From Takakia lepidozioides (Eukaryota > Plantae > Bryophyta): a stretch of 64,000 bases of DNA. The notes beneath the pieces are model-generated. The model searched no databases. It had not been told where the DNA came from and saw only the letters and a program-made list of their open reading frames with translations. Positions within the stretch are counted from its first letter, which is position 1, and the number at the start of each line of letters is the position of its first letter. Below, one piece after another: positions 61,090-64,000 of this stretch. Position numbers and translations under genes: made by a program. The DNA lies in contig CM060733.1 of assembly GCA_030704615.1 (NCBI GenBank), forward strand, positions 54,932,001-54,996,000. Reading direction: 5' to 3'.

Positions 61090-64000
61090 ATCTAACTTCC
61101 TTGGTCACAAGGTTTATATGTCCCGTCGAAGAAGCCACACACGATCTCCGACCTTGAATTGGGGTTGGAGTTGGCGACATTGATCTGCATAGTCCTTGTA
61201 TTGTTTTTCAGCTTCTGCGAGGTGGGATATAAGCTCTTTGTGAATCATAGCAAGATGAGTAGCAAGGTTTTCTACAGCAGGGTTTCCAATAGTGTTCATG
61301 TGGAAAGGGTTTGCTCGAGGATGATGACCATAATTAGAGAAAAATGAAGTTTGCTTGATCGAAGAATGTATAGTGTTGTTGTAGGCAAACTCAGCCAATG
61401 ACAGAAGGTCCGTCCAATTATCTTGGTGATAATTTATCGTACATCGAAGATACTGCTCCGAAATGTGGTTTACACGTTCGGTTTGATTATCAATATGTGG
61501 ATGATTAGCTGTAGAGAGGTTGATCTAAGTATCCAATATGTGAAATAATCTCTTCCAGAAATTTGATATGAACTGTGGTCCTCGATCAGATACAATGTCC
61601 TTCGGGAGTCCATGAATGCGATAGATATTATTGAGGAAGAGTCTTGCAGTTTCCTCGTCAGTAACCGTCTTAATACATGGAATGAAATGTGTCATCTTCG
61701 TAACACTTTTTACAATAACAAGGATTGAATCGGTGGTCTTGGAAATTGGAATGTCCGTAATAAAGTCCATAGACACGGACGACCATGGACCCTTGGGAAT
61801 GGGTAATGGTTGAAGAAGGTCGTAAGGTCGATGTCGTGGTCCATTTGCTCTAGCACACGTTTCGTAAGATTTTATAAATTCTTTCACGAGTTTCCACATC
61901 TGTGGCCACCAATAGTCCCTGGATATCAATTTCATTGTTTTGTTGAAGCCGAAATGTCCTACAGCCGGAAGATCATGACATGTTTGAAGAACTCAAAGTC
62001 GTATAGGTCTTGGAGGTACATAGAGAAGTCCCTTGAAATAAAGTAAATCATCTTTGAATTCGAAGTCGTTTGTAATATGTGGGTTGTCTCAAGGTCGATT
62101 TAGTTGACTTCGTAGTGTTGTGGCAAATTGGTCGCTCTTCAGTGCTTCCTGGATCTCCTTTATGATCTTTACATTGTCGTAGGTGGATATGGATAACATA
62201 TTCACTTGGAGATTTGCTGGTTTCAAGATGATGGATTTCTGTTGGTCAAAAGCTACATCCTCTGTTTTTTGCACATGATACGATCGTCGAGAAAGAACAT
62301 CTGGTTTTCCTTGAAGATGTCCGGGACGGTAGGTAACAACAAAATCAAACCTTGCTAGTGACATACTCCATCTCGCTTGACGTCGATTCAAAACACGAGC
62401 ACTCATAAAATACTCGAGGTTTTTGTGATCGGTATAGACTGTGACCTGATGTTTAGCTCCTTCCAATAGATGACGTTACTCCTCAAAAGCATCAATAATC
62501 GCTAGAAGTTCTTTGTCATGGATTTCATAATTGATCTCCTCAGCGGAAAATTTGCGAGAATGAAAACCATCAGGGTGAAATCGGCCATCTGTATCGTATT
62601 GAGAGAGTACCGCGTCAATTGCAAAGTCTGATGCATCTGCTTCAAAAAAGAATGGTTTAGATGGGTCTGCATGTACCAGTATTGGAGCCGTTGTGAATGT
62701 CTGCTTCAGCCTTTCAAATGCTTGGTCAGTCTTCTCGTCCCATACAAATTTGTCCTTCCTTGAGAGTCGTGTCAATGGTGCAGCAATTTTGGAGTAGTCC
62801 TTGATGAAGATTCTATAGAAATTTGTAAATCCTAGAAAACATTGTACATCTCCGACCGAAGTTGCTTTAATCCACTCGATGATGGTTTGTATTTTCTTCT
62901 GATCCATAAAGACTCATTTGTCAGATTGGTGGAAAAAAAAAATTTCCAACTTGGCATATAGTCATTTTTCCCTCAATTTATTAAGGACAAGGTGTACATG
63001 ACGACCATATTCTTCTTCATTATGTGAAAATATCAAAATATCGTCCAAATAGATGACTACAATCAATATTTCCTGATGCTAACGGTCGTCCATCGATGAC
63101 TTCAACAGGGGTCGAGAATTTCTTTCTTACGAGCGTTAAATTGTGTTGCTTTGCAAAGTCTTTGTCAATAAAACACGCTGAAGCGCCCGAGTCCAAAAGT
63201 GCTTCTACAGAGATATCTCGATTTTGCGTCATGATCTTTACTAGAGCTGTGAAACAAGGTACAGGGTCTGCAGGTAGAAAGAGACATTTTTTTTTGTGAG
63301 GAATTTGGGGTGTCCAGCCGCATGGTCCCTACTGTGACTGGACATCTTCGTTTTCCGACCTCCTCGTATCGAACACTTGAGTTGTGCCCCGAGTTTTGAA
63401 TCTTCTCTTGTTGGGGCAGTTTAATGCTATGTGATCATATTTTCCGCAATAAAGGCATAATCCATTTGAGCGTCGTTTTTGTTTTTCTTGTGGCGTCAAT
63501 GGCTTGAATCGGACAGCATCAATCTGCATATGATCATTACCGGATGTCTAATGGATCGTTGTGTTTGGTATCGTAGTAACAGCGACATGGTGCGTCGTTG
63601 ACCATCCAGATCGCTTCTCTTGACGTATTTCGAACAAACGATTATCGCATGCAATGACTTGGGTGATGGATTCGCTCAGTGTACTCACATTTGGCATTGT
63701 GAGCAGCAAATCTTTTACATCATTTTTTAGGCCACATCGAAACTGACTAATAAGTCTCTTCTCATTCCAGTCGAGGTCGTACGCAAGTTGTCGAAATTCG
63801 GCAGCATAAACGGAAGCTGGACGTGCTCCTTGTCGAAGATTTCACATCTTTGTATCTGCAACCCTCTCTCTATCATTCTCTCCAAACGTTGCACTAAACT
63901 TGGACATGAACGCTTCAAAATTGTATAGTAAATGCGATTTTTTCTCTAATAGCGGTGCAAACCAAGATAGGACAATGCCGGATAGAAGGGTGCCCACAAA
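61090..64000 (-). mobile_element. Ty3/gypsy (chromovirus, Tcn1-like) gag-pol remnant; continues past the right edge
   Basis: Zn knuckle CLYCGKYDHIALNCP, protease ALLDSGAS, RT YLDD, RNase H EADASDFAI / HDKELLAI / VYTDHKNL, integrase SMDFIT / IVSDRGPQF. The order PR-RT-RH-IN is gypsy-type. Stops, frameshifts and an internal deletion at ~63063. Confidence 0.93.

Overview
Eukaryotic land-plant genomic DNA with spliceosomal introns, most consistent with a moss or other bryophyte (inferred from gene content, a Tcn1-like gypsy element and a DYW remnant). The left ~35 kb is mostly transposon-derived. It holds a Mutator-like element with a GCM-type DDE transposase and a divergent second gene, a complete but decayed pogo element, a complete but decayed PIF/Harbinger element, a non-autonomous hAT element, SINEs, LTR-like pieces, CHX and DYW gene fragments, and one small secreted-protein gene. 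The right part holds host genes (CYP704B-like P450, intronless CCS52/FZR, a GW/WG-rich protein, eIF3b), then LINE and Ty3/gypsy remnants. The best candidate for an undescribed system is at 1-6930. There the Mutator-like element's accessory gene encodes a ParB/Srx-type motif (DGNHRLLA, fitting GxxRxxA), and its two long introns each carry five copies of a 26-bp palindrome (TCAACCTTGCGTYRACGCAAGGTTGA). This suggests a transposon-borne ParB/parS-like or VANC-like module. All translations and alignments were done by eye and no database searches were run, so family calls rest on recognised motifs.
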